The notes below the pieces were generated by a model that did no database searches, was not told the DNA's origin, and saw only the letters and a program-made list of their open reading frames with translations. A stretch of 63,062 bases of DNA, counting the filler. It is 5 parts of 5 records of this genome, joined end to end, with 100 filler letters (N's around TTAATTAATTAA, not from the genome) between each part and the next. Parts side by side here need not be neighbours in the genome. Positions count along the whole stretch, not along the records: positions 37,043 to 50,723 come from SRR2962707_684; 4 more parts are not named here. One strand, given 5' to 3'. The translations under genes were made by a program, and so were the position numbers. Positions 36,943 through 46,558 of the stretch are shown here, in pieces. Position 1 is the stretch's first letter, and the number at the start of each line of letters is the position of its first letter.

Positions 36943-37042
36943 NNNNNNNNNNNNNNNNNNNNNNNNNNNNNNNNNNNNNNNNNNNNTTAATTAATTAANN
37001 NNNNNNNNNNNNNNNNNNNNNNNNNNNNNNNNNNNNNNNNNN
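36943..37042. other. Artificial contig spacer
   Basis: 44 N + TTAATTAATTAA + 44 N. Confidence 0.98.
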
Positions 37043-37058
37043 GCATAAATTAGTCGCC

Positions 37059-38255
37059 ATGTTGGCGGGTAAAAAAATATTATTAGCGGTTTGTGGGTCT
37101 ATAGCAGCCTATAAAACCGCTTTTTTTGTGCGTTTGCTTGTAAAGGAAGGGGCTGAAGTAAAGGTCGTCATGACTGAAAGCGCAAAAGACTTCATCACTC
37201 CCCTCACCCTCGCTACCCTTTCAAAGAATCCTGTTTATTCCTCCAACTTCAATGCCGAAAACGGCGAATGGCATAACCATGTTGAATTAGGTATGTGGGC
37301 TGATCTCATGATCATTGCCCCACTCAGTGCCAACACACTTGGTAAAATGGCCAATGGCATCTGCGATAACTTGTTATTAGCCACCTACCTCTCTGCAAAG
37401 TGTCCTGTCATGGTGGCACCAGCAATGGATCTGGACATGTATCAGCATCCATCCACACAAGACAACCTGAAAAGATTGCAATCCATCGGTAATGAAGTGA
37501 TCGAAGCTCGTGATGGCGAACTAGCCAGTGGCTTGTCCGGTCAGGGTAGAATGGCCGAACCAGAAGAACTACTGGAGATTCTAAAAAAAAAGTTCGCTAA
37601 CCAGCAAAAGCTAGCAGGTAAAAAAGTGCTGATTACTTCAGGCCCTACTTTTGAAGCAATCGATCCGGTGCGCTTCATTGGCAACCATTCCTCCGGGAAA
37701 ATGGGAGCAGCTATCGCCAAATCATTTAAAGATGCTGGGGCAGAAGTTACCATGGTATCAGGGCCATCAAAATACCTTCCGAATGGATTCAATGTAATCC
37801 GGGTGAATGCAGCCCAGGAAATGTTGAAAGAAGTGGAAGCTCTTCATGCATCAAGTGATATTGTGGTCTTCGCGGCTGCCGTATCAGACTACCGACCAGC
37901 CAATCCTGCTAAAGAGAAGATCAAAAAGAAAGAAGGAGAAGATTCCCTGCATGTAGACCTGATCAAAAACCCTGATATCGCAGCGGAGATGGGTAAGAAA
38001 AAGAAACAGCAGTATCATGTAGGATTTGCATTGGAAACCACTCAGGAAGAAGTCAACGCTAAAGAAAAGTTGAAAAAGAAAAATTTCGACCTGATTGTGC
38101 TTAATTCCCTCAATGATAATGGGGCCGGATTTCAAACAGACACCAACAAGGTCACCTTCTTTGATAATAACAATAACACACAGAAATTTGAGTTGAAGAG
38201 TAAGGACGAAGTAGCACAGGACATTGTAGTACATGTGATCAAACACCTTTCATGA
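37059..38255 (+). CDS. coaBC: Bifunctional phosphopantothenoylcysteine decarboxylase/ligase
   Basis: GSIAAYK, APAMD..M, ITSGPT.E.IDPVRFI.N.SSGKMG, AAAVSDY, VGFALET. Confidence 0.96.
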   Translation: MLAGKKILLAVCGSIAAYKTAFFVRLLVKEGAEVKVVMTESAKDFITPLTLATLSKNPVYSSNFNAENGEWHNHVELGMWADLMIIAPLSANTLGKMANGICDNLLLATYLSAKCPVMVAPAMDLDMYQHPSTQDNLKRLQSIGNEVIEARDGELASGLSGQGRMAEPEELLEILKKKFANQQKLAGKKVLITSGPTFEAIDPVRFIGNHSSGKMGAAIAKSFKDAGAEVTMVSGPSKYLPNGFNVIRVNAAQEMLKEVEALHASSDIVVFAAAVSDYRPANPAKEKIKKKEGEDSLHVDLIKNPDIAAEMGKKKKQQYHVGFALETTQEEVNAKEKLKKKNFDLIVLNSLNDNGAGFQTDTNKVTFFDNNNNTQKFELKSKDEVAQDIVVHVIKHLS

Positions 38256-39139
38256 GAAAACTTGTTATCCCATTCATTCTTATTAGCATCTATGCTTCGG
38301 CACAGGAACTCAACTGCCGGGTGATCGTCAATGCACAACAAGTTCAAACCACGGAAAGAACCATTTTCACAGATATGGAAACTGATTTTGCACAGTTTCT
38401 TAATACAACTAAATGGACCACAGACACCTATGATGCAGAAGAGGTGATTAAGTGCAACATCGTCATCACCATTAGCGAGATGCCAAGCATCGGCGTATTC
38501 AATGCGTCTGTGCAGGTGTTGTCTAGCAGGCCCGTCTATGGCACCAACTATGAAACGGTGGTTATGAATTTCGCCGACCGTGACTGGACCTTCGAGTACG
38601 TGCAATCCCAACCACTCAGGTTCAATGAAAATGCATTTACCAGCAACATTACCTCCCTCCTGGCCTACTATGCCTATATGATTATCGGCATGGACTATGA
38701 CACCTTTTCTGAGCTGGGAGGAACGCCGTACTATCAGAAAGCATTCAGAATTGTCAACAATGCCCAACAGTCCAGCTACCCGGGTTGGCAGCAGTTTAAC
38801 AGTGTGAGAAACAGGTACTGGTTGGTTGAAAGCCTGCAAAATCCACAACTTGAACCAATAAGAAAAGCCTTGTATAACTACCATCGACATGGCTTGGACA
38901 TCATGACTGATGAGCAGACAGAAGCAGAAAAGAATATTTTGGCTGCATTATCAGACATACAGAAAGCCAATCGTGCGCGTCCACGTTCCATCCTCATGAT
39001 CAGTTTTATGGATGCCAAGTCCGGAGAGCTGATCCAGACGTTCTCTGAAAGCAGCCTTCCAACCAGGAGACAAGCCTACAATTTGCTGAATAACCTGGAT
39101 CCGGCAAGATCAGATGAATATAAATCTTTGATTGAATAA
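38252..39139 (+). CDS. DUF4835-family secreted protein (PorD-like)
   Basis: Signal peptide + QELNC.V; SSRPVY..NY; LAYYAY.IIG.DYDTF; NRYWL; lies between coaBC and recN as usual in Bacteroidetes. Confidence 0.85.
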   Translation: MRKLVIPFILISIYASAQELNCRVIVNAQQVQTTERTIFTDMETDFAQFLNTTKWTTDTYDAEEVIKCNIVITISEMPSIGVFNASVQVLSSRPVYGTNYETVVMNFADRDWTFEYVQSQPLRFNENAFTSNITSLLAYYAYMIIGMDYDTFSELGGTPYYQKAFRIVNNAQQSSYPGWQQFNSVRNRYWLVESLQNPQLEPIRKALYNYHRHGLDIMTDEQTEAEKNILAALSDIQKANRARPRSILMISFMDAKSGELIQTFSESSLPTRRQAYNLLNNLDPARSDEYKSLIE

Positions 39140-39148
39140 CTCGTATCA

Positions 39149-39156
39149 TATCTTTG
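39149..39156 (+). promoter_or_regulatory. Bacteroidetes -7 promoter element for recN
   Basis: TATCTTTG about 20 bp upstream of the ATG. Confidence 0.65.
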
Positions 39157-39175
39157 CTCTCCTTCGAAAGTTGGT

Positions 39176-40831
39176 ATGATCAAATCCCTGTCCATAAAAA
39201 ACTACGCCCTGATTCGGGAACTCGAAATGAAGCCCGATCATCGGTTGAATATCATCACTGGGGAAACCGGTGCGGGGAAGTCAATTATGCTTGGAGCTGT
39301 TGGTCTTTTGCTTGGAAACAGAGCCGATACCAAGGTCTTACTGGATCAGAATGAAAAGTGCATTGTAGAAGGTGTTTTTGACATCTCCGAATACAAACTT
39401 CAGTCCCTGTTTGAGCAGGAAGATCTCGATTATGAGAAGGAATGTGTAATCCGTCGGGAAATCGCTCCTTCCGGAAAATCGCGAGCGTTCGTTAACGATA
39501 CACCTGCGAATCTTTCGGCACTCAAAGCCATCGGCGATCGCCTCATGGATGTGCATTCCCAGCATGAGTCGCTACAGCTGGGAAACAATACCTACCAACT
39601 GGAGGTGCTGGATGCCTTTGCCTCTCACCAGGAACTCGTCACTACATTCAAAGAAAAATTCACCACCTACGCCACAGCAAGTAAGCAACTAGCTAAACTC
39701 GAACGTATATCTGCGGAAAGTGCAGAAGATGAAGATTACAAACAATTCTTACTGAATGAATTGCTTGAAGCAAAGCTAGACAGCCTGAATAAGGAAGAGT
39801 TGGAAAATGAACTCGAGGTGCTGGAGAACGCTGAAGACATCAAATTGAAACTTTCTCAATCGGTAGGCATGCTAGATGAGTCTGAGGTTGCCGTGATGCA
39901 TCAGCTCACTGAGATTAAATCGTTACTCCATTCCATTTCCACTTTCTCCAAAGCGCTAGGAGATGCCAGTGAGCGAATGGAAAGCGTAACCATCGAGCTC
40001 CAGGACCTAGTGAATGAACTGCAGCGTATTCAGGATAAGGTGGAGCACGACCCGGAAAAGATTCAGGAGCTAAAAGATCGGCTCGACCTGCTGTATCGTC
40101 TGGAAAAGAAGCACAGTGTCCTTACCGTAAAAGAGTTGATTGAAATAAGAGATCAACTGGATGAGGCATTGCAAACCACCGCCAACCTGGATCAGGAAAT
40201 CAGCAAGGCGAAAAAGGAACTTGAAGTGGCTGAAAAAGCCATGCGAGATGCAGGAGCTAAGCTGACTGAATCTCGAAAACTATCGGCACTCAACTTTGCC
40301 GATGAAATCGAAAAAATCATTCACAAGATTGGGATTGAAAACGGCACCATCGACATCAAAGTGAAAGAGGCTCAGCCATCGAAAGACGGTCTGGACACCA
40401 TCGAGATGCTATTCAGTGCCAATAAAGGCATCAAGCCGCAGGAATTGAAAGAAGTAGCTTCCGGTGGTGAATTTTCCCGTCTGATCTTCGCTATCAAATA
40501 CCTGATCGCAGACAAGACAGCCCTTCCTACCATCATTTTTGATGAAATAGATACAGGAGTTTCCGGAGAGGTGGCCCTTCAAATGGTAAAGATGATGAAG
40601 GAGATGGCACAAAATCACCAGGTGATTAGCATCAGCCACCTACCGCAGTTTGCAGCTGGAGGAGATGCTCATTACTTCGTCTTTAAAGATCATAGCTCGG
40701 ATCGGTCAGTCAGCAGGGTCAGAAAGCTGGAACAGCAGGATCGCATCACTGAAATCGCCAAAATGATCGGTGGTGAAAACCCGGGTGCTTCCGCGGTAGA
40801 GAGTGCCAAGGAGCTACTTCAGTTGAATTAA
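39176..40831 (+). CDS. recN: DNA repair protein RecN
   Basis: ITGETGAGKS, coiled coil, ASGGE.SR, IFDEIDTGVSG, SHLPQ. Confidence 0.96.
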   Translation: MIKSLSIKNYALIRELEMKPDHRLNIITGETGAGKSIMLGAVGLLLGNRADTKVLLDQNEKCIVEGVFDISEYKLQSLFEQEDLDYEKECVIRREIAPSGKSRAFVNDTPANLSALKAIGDRLMDVHSQHESLQLGNNTYQLEVLDAFASHQELVTTFKEKFTTYATASKQLAKLERISAESAEDEDYKQFLLNELLEAKLDSLNKEELENELEVLENAEDIKLKLSQSVGMLDESEVAVMHQLTEIKSLLHSISTFSKALGDASERMESVTIELQDLVNELQRIQDKVEHDPEKIQELKDRLDLLYRLEKKHSVLTVKELIEIRDQLDEALQTTANLDQEISKAKKELEVAEKAMRDAGAKLTESRKLSALNFADEIEKIIHKIGIENGTIDIKVKEAQPSKDGLDTIEMLFSANKGIKPQELKEVASGGEFSRLIFAIKYLIADKTALPTIIFDEIDTGVSGEVALQMVKMMKEMAQNHQVISISHLPQFAAGGDAHYFVFKDHSSDRSVSRVRKLEQQDRITEIAKMIGGENPGASAVESAKELLQLN

Positions 40832-40866
40832 ATTAAATTCGGTCGGGCTGAATTCATTTCAGCGTC

Positions 40867-40874
40867 TATTTTTG
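40867..40874 (+). promoter_or_regulatory. Bacteroidetes -7 promoter element for fabI
   Basis: TATTTTTG about 30 bp upstream of the ATG. Confidence 0.55.
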
Positions 40875-40906
40875 TAGACGACCCAACAAATCGAAAACAT
40901 ACCAAC

Positions 40907-41719
40907 ATGTCAAATAATCTACTTAAAGGAAAAAGAGGAATCATCTCAGGCGCATTGGATCAAAACTCCATCGCATGGAAAGTTGCCGAGAAGGCCAAAG
41001 AACAAGGCGCTGAGTTTACGTTGACCAACGCTCCTATCGCTATGCGAATGGGTGAGATCAACAAGCTGGCAGAACAGTGCGGTGCAGAGATCATCCCAGC
41101 TGATGCTACTTCTATGGAGGATCTAGAAAACCTTTTCAGCAAATCACAGGAAGTCCTTGGTGGAAAATTGGATTTCGTGCTTCACTCCATCGGAATGAGT
41201 CCGAATGTTCGTAAAGGCAAGGAGTATGGAGACCTCAACTACGATTGGTTCCAAAAGACACTTGACGTTTCGGCACTCTCTTTCCACAAGATGATGCAGA
41301 CAGTAGAGAAACTGGATGCAATGAATGATTGGGGCTCAATTATTGGGCTTTCCTACATCGCGGCACAACGAACCTTCCCTGACTATTCTGATATGGCGCA
41401 GGCCAAGGCCTTATTAGAGTCCATCGCCAGAAGCTATGGTTACCGTTTGGGTGTAAGCAAGAAGATCAGGGTGAATACCATTTCCCAGTCCCCAACCATG
41501 ACTACAGCAGGTTCAGGGGTACCGGGCTTTGATGTATTCTACAACTATGCAGACAAGATGTCGCCGCTTGGTAATGCAGATGGCGAGAGCTGCGCAGACT
41601 ACTGCATCACTATGTTCTCTGATCTGACACGTATGGTTACTATGCAGAACCTAATGCACGATGGTGGCTTCAGCACGTCTGGTATAACCGATGCAATGGT
41701 GGAGGAATTGAGTAAGTAA
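40907..41719 (+). CDS. fabI: Enoyl-ACP reductase
   Basis: LKGKRGII.GA...SIAW, LHSIGMS, Y..M..AK, RVNTISQSP, HDGG. Confidence 0.93.
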   Translation: MSNNLLKGKRGIISGALDQNSIAWKVAEKAKEQGAEFTLTNAPIAMRMGEINKLAEQCGAEIIPADATSMEDLENLFSKSQEVLGGKLDFVLHSIGMSPNVRKGKEYGDLNYDWFQKTLDVSALSFHKMMQTVEKLDAMNDWGSIIGLSYIAAQRTFPDYSDMAQAKALLESIARSYGYRLGVSKKIRVNTISQSPTMTTAGSGVPGFDVFYNYADKMSPLGNADGESCADYCITMFSDLTRMVTMQNLMHDGGFSTSGITDAMVEELSK

Positions 41720-41723
41720 AACA

Positions 41724-41790
41724 GCCTTTGGCTGTTGGCCTTTAGCTATTTGCTTGCCAACGGCTAAGAGCTAAGAGTCAATAGCCAGAA
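41724..41790. repeat. Two opposed arrays of degenerate 7-bp repeats
   Basis: GCCTTTG GCTGTTG GCCTTTA GCTATTT, then GCTT, then GCCAACG GCTAAGA GCTAAGA GTCAATA GCCAGAA. Confidence 0.7.
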
Positions 41791-42572
41791 TGATCTCCTT
41801 CCCCAACGCCAAAATCAACCTTGGGCTCAACATTGTGAGCAAGCGGGAAGATGGTTATCACAACATTGAAAGCTGCTTTTATCCCATTCCCTGGCGAGAC
41901 AGCCTGGAGGTGATAGAAGCAGCTTCTTTTGCTTTTCACAGCTATGGATTGGACATTCCGGGAGACACCTCATCAAACCTCTGTGTGAAAGCCTATGAAT
42001 TGATCAAGGCAGATCATGACATTCCTTCGGTAGAAATTCACCTGCTAAAAAATATCCCCATGGGTGCCGGACTTGGTGGCGGTTCAGCAGATGGGGCATT
42101 TACCCTCACGCTGATAAATGATCTATTTCAGCTTAATCTCACCTCCTTGCAGCTTGAAGCATACGCCTTACAGCTTGGAAGCGACTGCCCGTTCTTCATT
42201 CAAAATCAGCCTGCCATTGCCACTGGACGAGGTGAAGGGTTGGAGGCCATTGAACTCAATCTGTCCGGTTACACTCTAGCTATTCACAACCCTGGCATCC
42301 ACATCTCCACGAAAGAAGCCTATGCCGGCATCACGCCCAAGCAACCTGAGGTGGATGTAGCAGACATCATCAAAAAGCCAATTCGAGAGTGGAAAGACCT
42401 CCTCCACAACGATTTCGAGGACTCTATCTTTCCTTCCCATCCAACCATTTCCCAACTAAAACAAGACATGTATGAGGCTGGAGCAATCTTTGCCTCCATG
42501 ACTGGAAGCGGTAGCACAGTGTTTGGGTTGTTTGAAGGTGAGGTTGAGGGATGGCAGAGTTTTGAGCTTTGA
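41790..42572 (+). CDS. ispE: 4-diphosphocytidyl-2-C-methyl-D-erythritol kinase
   Basis: PNAKINLGL, KNIPMGAGLGGGSAD, LGSDCPFF, MTGSGS. Confidence 0.96.
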   Translation: MISFPNAKINLGLNIVSKREDGYHNIESCFYPIPWRDSLEVIEAASFAFHSYGLDIPGDTSSNLCVKAYELIKADHDIPSVEIHLLKNIPMGAGLGGGSADGAFTLTLINDLFQLNLTSLQLEAYALQLGSDCPFFIQNQPAIATGRGEGLEAIELNLSGYTLAIHNPGIHISTKEAYAGITPKQPEVDVADIIKKPIREWKDLLHNDFEDSIFPSHPTISQLKQDMYEAGAIFASMTGSGSTVFGLFEGEVEGWQSFEL

Positions 42573-42613
42573 TTATATTCAACATTCAAGCTGTTTATTC
42601 GTATCTTCGTTCT

Positions 42614-42847
42614 ATGGGAACAGTGGAGCTAAAATCTGATCTACACCAATTAATTGACGGAATTCAAAACACTGCACTTCTTGAGTCGCTACATGAAATG
42701 TTGACTCAACGCATTCATTCAAAAGATGGCGAATTGTGGGGAAACCTAACTACTGAACAAAAAAAAGAGGTGCTAGAGGCTTATGACGAGTCTGAAAATC
42801 AGGGAAATCTAATCGCCCACACTGATATCTTGCGTGAATTCAAATGA
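42614..42847 (+). CDS. Putative antitoxin (addiction-module component)
   Basis: 77-aa acidic protein, W..LT.EQK....A..E...G; ATGA overlap with the toxin gene. Confidence 0.7.
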   Translation: MGTVELKSDLHQLIDGIQNTALLESLHEMLTQRIHSKDGELWGNLTTEQKKEVLEAYDESENQGNLIAHTDILREFK

Positions 42848-43134
42848 AGATTTATTGGACCAGGAAATCGAAAACCCGATTTCAGGAAATCAATGAATAC
42901 ATCTCAAAAGAATTTGGATCAAGGGCAGCAGAAAAATTCAGAATCAAAGTGTTTGATTTCCTTGAACTCTTGGAGCGATTCCCGGAACTTGGAACTTCAG
43001 AAGTTTCGGAAAAGAATATTTATGGATTCAATATTTCGAGACAAACTCAAATTTTCTACAGGTTGAACAAAGATCATATTAGCCTGCTTACTTTTTTTGA
43101 CAATCGTCAAAATCCAGACAAAAAACCAGATTGA
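42844..43134 (+). CDS. RelE/ParE-family toxin
   Basis: MKIYWT....F.EI..YI...F, FPELG, IFYR, FFDNRQNP. Confidence 0.82.
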   Translation: MKIYWTRKSKTRFQEINEYISKEFGSRAAEKFRIKVFDFLELLERFPELGTSEVSEKNIYGFNISRQTQIFYRLNKDHISLLTFFDNRQNPDKKPD

Positions 43135-43181
43135 ATTACCATTCACTAACTTTAAGTAATCCTCAATCATCCTTTCATTCT

Positions 43182-44276
43182 ATGAAATCCATCCTTCTTT
43201 GTCTAAGCATATGTTCGAGCCTCTTTGTTTCTGGCCAAACTAACTCCTCCAATCCATTAACTACACCGAATTCTGAGCTACAAGTAATGTCACTGGAAGA
43301 AGCGGGATTCAACAGGGATTCCATTGAAAACCTGGTGCAACTGATCAGCGATACGCCTCCACGTGATTTCAGGGGAATGGTCGTAATCAAAAACAATCAA
43401 CTAGTGATCGAAGAGTACTTTCATACCTTCTGGAGAAATACCGTCCATGATATCCGTTCTGCCGGTAAGAGTGTCACTTCTTTACTGCTTGGAATCGCCA
43501 TCAACGACGGATTGGTTGAGCATTTGGATCAGAATCTCTATGCTCTACTTAAAGACAAATACCCTTCCATGAATCCAGACTATGAAAAGATCACCCTCCG
43601 GAACCTGCTCAACATGTCTTCAGGCCTTGACGCTGACACGGATGATGGAAGTACTCCCGGCCAGGCCTCCAATTGGATCGCTATGGACAACTGGCGTGAA
43701 TACACCCTTCAAGTGCCTCTTTCCAATCGACCGGGTAAGCGTTGGGTCTATACGGATATCAATCCACTCCTGATCGCTACAGTCATAGAAGAAGCTTCTG
43801 GAATGAGCCTTAGAGACTATGCAAAAGAAAAATTGTTCGATCCATTGGGTCTCAAGCAAGTGTATTGGTATACAAATTCCGCAAACCAAACCGGTGCAGC
43901 TGGTAACCTTTACATCACCACACTCGATTTTGCCAAAATCGGACTTTTGGTCTGCAATGAAGGCAAATGGAAGAATCAGCAGCTGGTAGATTCGGACTAT
44001 CTAAATGAGATGGTGACAAGTGAAGCATTTGATCTGTCAAACAACAACCCCTACGCTGATTTCTATGGACTGCTTTGGTACAAATCTCACAGAACATTTG
44101 GTAACAAGAAAGTTGATTACCTCTTTGCATCCGGCAATGGCGGAAACCATCTGATTGTAGTGCCGGATTTGGAGATGGTTATTGCGCTAACCTCCAGTGC
44201 CTACGGTCCAGGTCCAGGTCACAGACGGTCATACAATATCATGAAAAGGATTTTTACTGCGTTGGAGGAGGATTGA
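43182..44276 (+). CDS. Secreted serine hydrolase (beta-lactamase class C / NylB-like)
   Basis: Signal peptide; RSAGKS (SxxK), LLNMSSG, LFDPLG, ASGNGG. Confidence 0.88.
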   Translation: MKSILLCLSICSSLFVSGQTNSSNPLTTPNSELQVMSLEEAGFNRDSIENLVQLISDTPPRDFRGMVVIKNNQLVIEEYFHTFWRNTVHDIRSAGKSVTSLLLGIAINDGLVEHLDQNLYALLKDKYPSMNPDYEKITLRNLLNMSSGLDADTDDGSTPGQASNWIAMDNWREYTLQVPLSNRPGKRWVYTDINPLLIATVIEEASGMSLRDYAKEKLFDPLGLKQVYWYTNSANQTGAAGNLYITTLDFAKIGLLVCNEGKWKNQQLVDSDYLNEMVTSEAFDLSNNNPYADFYGLLWYKSHRTFGNKKVDYLFASGNGGNHLIVVPDLEMVIALTSSAYGPGPGHRRSYNIMKRIFTALEED

Positions 44277-46296
44277 CTGATTTTAACTCAATCGTAAATA
44301 CCGCACCACCCTTTTCTCCATTTTCTACCTCAATGGATGCACCTAACCGATCGCACAAGGCCTTTACGATAGACAATCCCAAACCTGTTGAAGTCTCACC
44401 CCCCGTTGGTCTGGCACTAAGGGTTTTGAATTTATTGAACATCTCCTTCTTGTCTTTATCCGTGAAGCCTGGACCTGAATCCTTAATGATAAATTGTACC
44501 CTCTGATTTTTCATCTTGACAAGGACACGAACATCACTCTTAGGAGGTGAAAATTTAATGGCATTCGATACCAGGTTTTCCAGGATTCTTCGGATTGAAT
44601 TCGGGTCGGAATGAAGGGTCGCGTTCTTTGCTAGCTCATATTGTATATCAAACGTAATCTCCTTTTGCTCAGCATTGATCTGAAAGGGTTTCAAGATTTC
44701 CTTTACAAACGCTGGGAGCTGAATACTCTCAAAATCTTCGTGATTCAATGCTTTTTCACTGGAAGAGACCACCAATAAATCCTTAATCAACTGCCGACCA
44801 TTTGCTGATACTTTGCTAATCATTTCCAGGTATTCCTTCATTTGCTTGCCCGTTCGCTCTTCCTGTGCCAGGTTCACCACTCCCTGGATCGTATTGAGAG
44901 GGTTGGCCAGATCATGAGCCACAATACCCATCAGGCTATTCTTTTCATGCACCAGCTCATTCAACTTCGAGGTGCGTTCTTCTACTTTCTGTTCCAGTAT
45001 GATATTTTGCTCCCGAATGATCCGCTCATTTTCCTCAGCCTGTATCAATGCAATAGCGTGTGCATCATTTTTTTCTTCAACCAGTATTTTCATTTTATGA
45101 GATAGTGCAATCGCGAAGAAGGAAATCTCAAGAAAGCTGCCGAAGACGATTGATTTGGATCGAAAGAAATCATAAGAAATATCGGGAGATAACTGGCTTG
45201 AGTTGATGATTACCAAACCGGTAAAGTAGAACATCGTGCCAATCATAATGAATCGTGATCCTCTGACACCTCTTCGAAATGCATCAATTATCAAAAGCAA
45301 CATCAGGAAATAAAAGAGATTACCAATCAAAAAAGTAGTGAAAGCAATGGTGCCCGTCCACCATTCATAGTGCCCTGAGATACCAGCCAACAAATTGATA
45401 ACATCAAATGGTGTCAGTGCAATAATTGAGAAGTAGGCACCTTTCAATATTATGTTGTTTTGCCATTTTAGACGCAGGAAGTGATGAACGAACGCAACCC
45501 AGGCAATCGAATTCAATTGAGCAACTGTAAAGAAGTAAAAGCTAAAATGACCATTTCCTCGATACAGCCAAATCAACGGATAACCGCCGTTAAAATGAGC
45601 AATCATCAAGCAGATCGTGATGATGAAAAAAACATAATACAGATAGGCTTTTTCCCTGACACTATAAAAAACGAACAGGTTATAAATAATCATGATCATA
45701 ACAGCTCCCACATACACTGCAATGATCCAGTCATCCGCTTGCTGTCGCTTCATCATCTCATCTGATGTTGCGACTAATAGCGGTATGGTGTTTGGATAAC
45801 CAGCACTGTTAGTTTTAAGATAGAATGTCTTTGGATTAGTATCATGTGCATCTGCCAGCTTGAACATGTTTCTGTTGATGGGAAACTCACGATTCCCGAA
45901 AGGCCTGAAGTAACCCGTCTCCATCTTTTCATAACCGCCATCAGACACAGGTTGGTAGAAATCAAGAACTGCCACCATGCCATCACCAACCCTTAACATC
46001 AGATCCTTATCTGATTTGTTTTGAATGGAAAATTTCAACCAGAAATCCGATTGACTGTAATCAAAAAATGTATACTCATTCTCCCCTCTCGTCCATCTAT
46101 CGTTCAGCTCAGGAGACATCACCATCTCCAGGGTATAAGCCTTAGACTCATCTTCAAGAAAGAAAATATCTTTTCCAATCAGACCTGACTGTGCTACTGA
46201 ATTGAATTCTATGACCTGTTGAGGAGTTTGAGCGAAAACCACCCACGTCAACCCAGTAAATATGCCTGTTAGCCAGGCTCGCATTCGATTATTCAT
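44254..46296 (-). CDS. 7TM-DISM sensor histidine kinase
   Basis: Signal peptide, extracellular domain (FWLKF), 7 TM, AHDLANPL, NLVSNAIKF, DSGPG, TGLGL. Confidence 0.9.
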   Translation of the reverse strand: MNNRMRAWLTGIFTGLTWVVFAQTPQQVIEFNSVAQSGLIGKDIFFLEDESKAYTLEMVMSPELNDRWTRGENEYTFFDYSQSDFWLKFSIQNKSDKDLMLRVGDGMVAVLDFYQPVSDGGYEKMETGYFRPFGNREFPINRNMFKLADAHDTNPKTFYLKTNSAGYPNTIPLLVATSDEMMKRQQADDWIIAVYVGAVMIMIIYNLFVFYSVREKAYLYYVFFIITICLMIAHFNGGYPLIWLYRGNGHFSFYFFTVAQLNSIAWVAFVHHFLRLKWQNNIILKGAYFSIIALTPFDVINLLAGISGHYEWWTGTIAFTTFLIGNLFYFLMLLLIIDAFRRGVRGSRFIMIGTMFYFTGLVIINSSQLSPDISYDFFRSKSIVFGSFLEISFFAIALSHKMKILVEEKNDAHAIALIQAEENERIIREQNIILEQKVEERTSKLNELVHEKNSLMGIVAHDLANPLNTIQGVVNLAQEERTGKQMKEYLEMISKVSANGRQLIKDLLVVSSSEKALNHEDFESIQLPAFVKEILKPFQINAEQKEITFDIQYELAKNATLHSDPNSIRRILENLVSNAIKFSPPKSDVRVLVKMKNQRVQFIIKDSGPGFTDKDKKEMFNKFKTLSARPTGGETSTGLGLSIVKALCDRLGASIEVENGEKGGAVFTIELKSVNPPPTQ

Positions 46297-46529
46297 AGAC
46301 AAATTTTGAATTCTATAAAGCTGAAATTCAGCAGACGATTGGGTGATACACGGATTGTCAATGGTGGATAGAAACCTTGTATGAGGTCTCGACAGCTAAT
46401 TAGAAAAGCTACCCTGATTTATCAAAGTGCTTCTTCTCAATATTTAGGCCTGTAGTCCATATGTCTACACCTAATTCAGTGCCTCAATCAATAATCGGAG
46501 CGCATGGCACCTACCCTCACCAAATATTC

Positions 46530-46537
46530 TATCTTTG
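46530..46537 (+). promoter_or_regulatory. Bacteroidetes -7 promoter element for the SulP gene
   Basis: TATCTTTG about 20 bp upstream of ATG 46559. Confidence 0.65.
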
Positions 46538-46558
46538 CGCGCTTATTCAAGAACTGGT

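Noticed and set aside
38132-38890. 252-aa minus-strand ORF
   Set aside because: Antisense to the conserved DUF4835 gene, with no recognisable features.
41724-41790. CRISPR array (also considered for the 12-bp repeats at 62931-62966)
   Set aside because: Units are far too short, have no spacers, and no cas genes are present.
44254-44276. 23-bp tail-to-tail overlap of convergent genes
   Set aside because: Common in bacteria; no evidence of a function.
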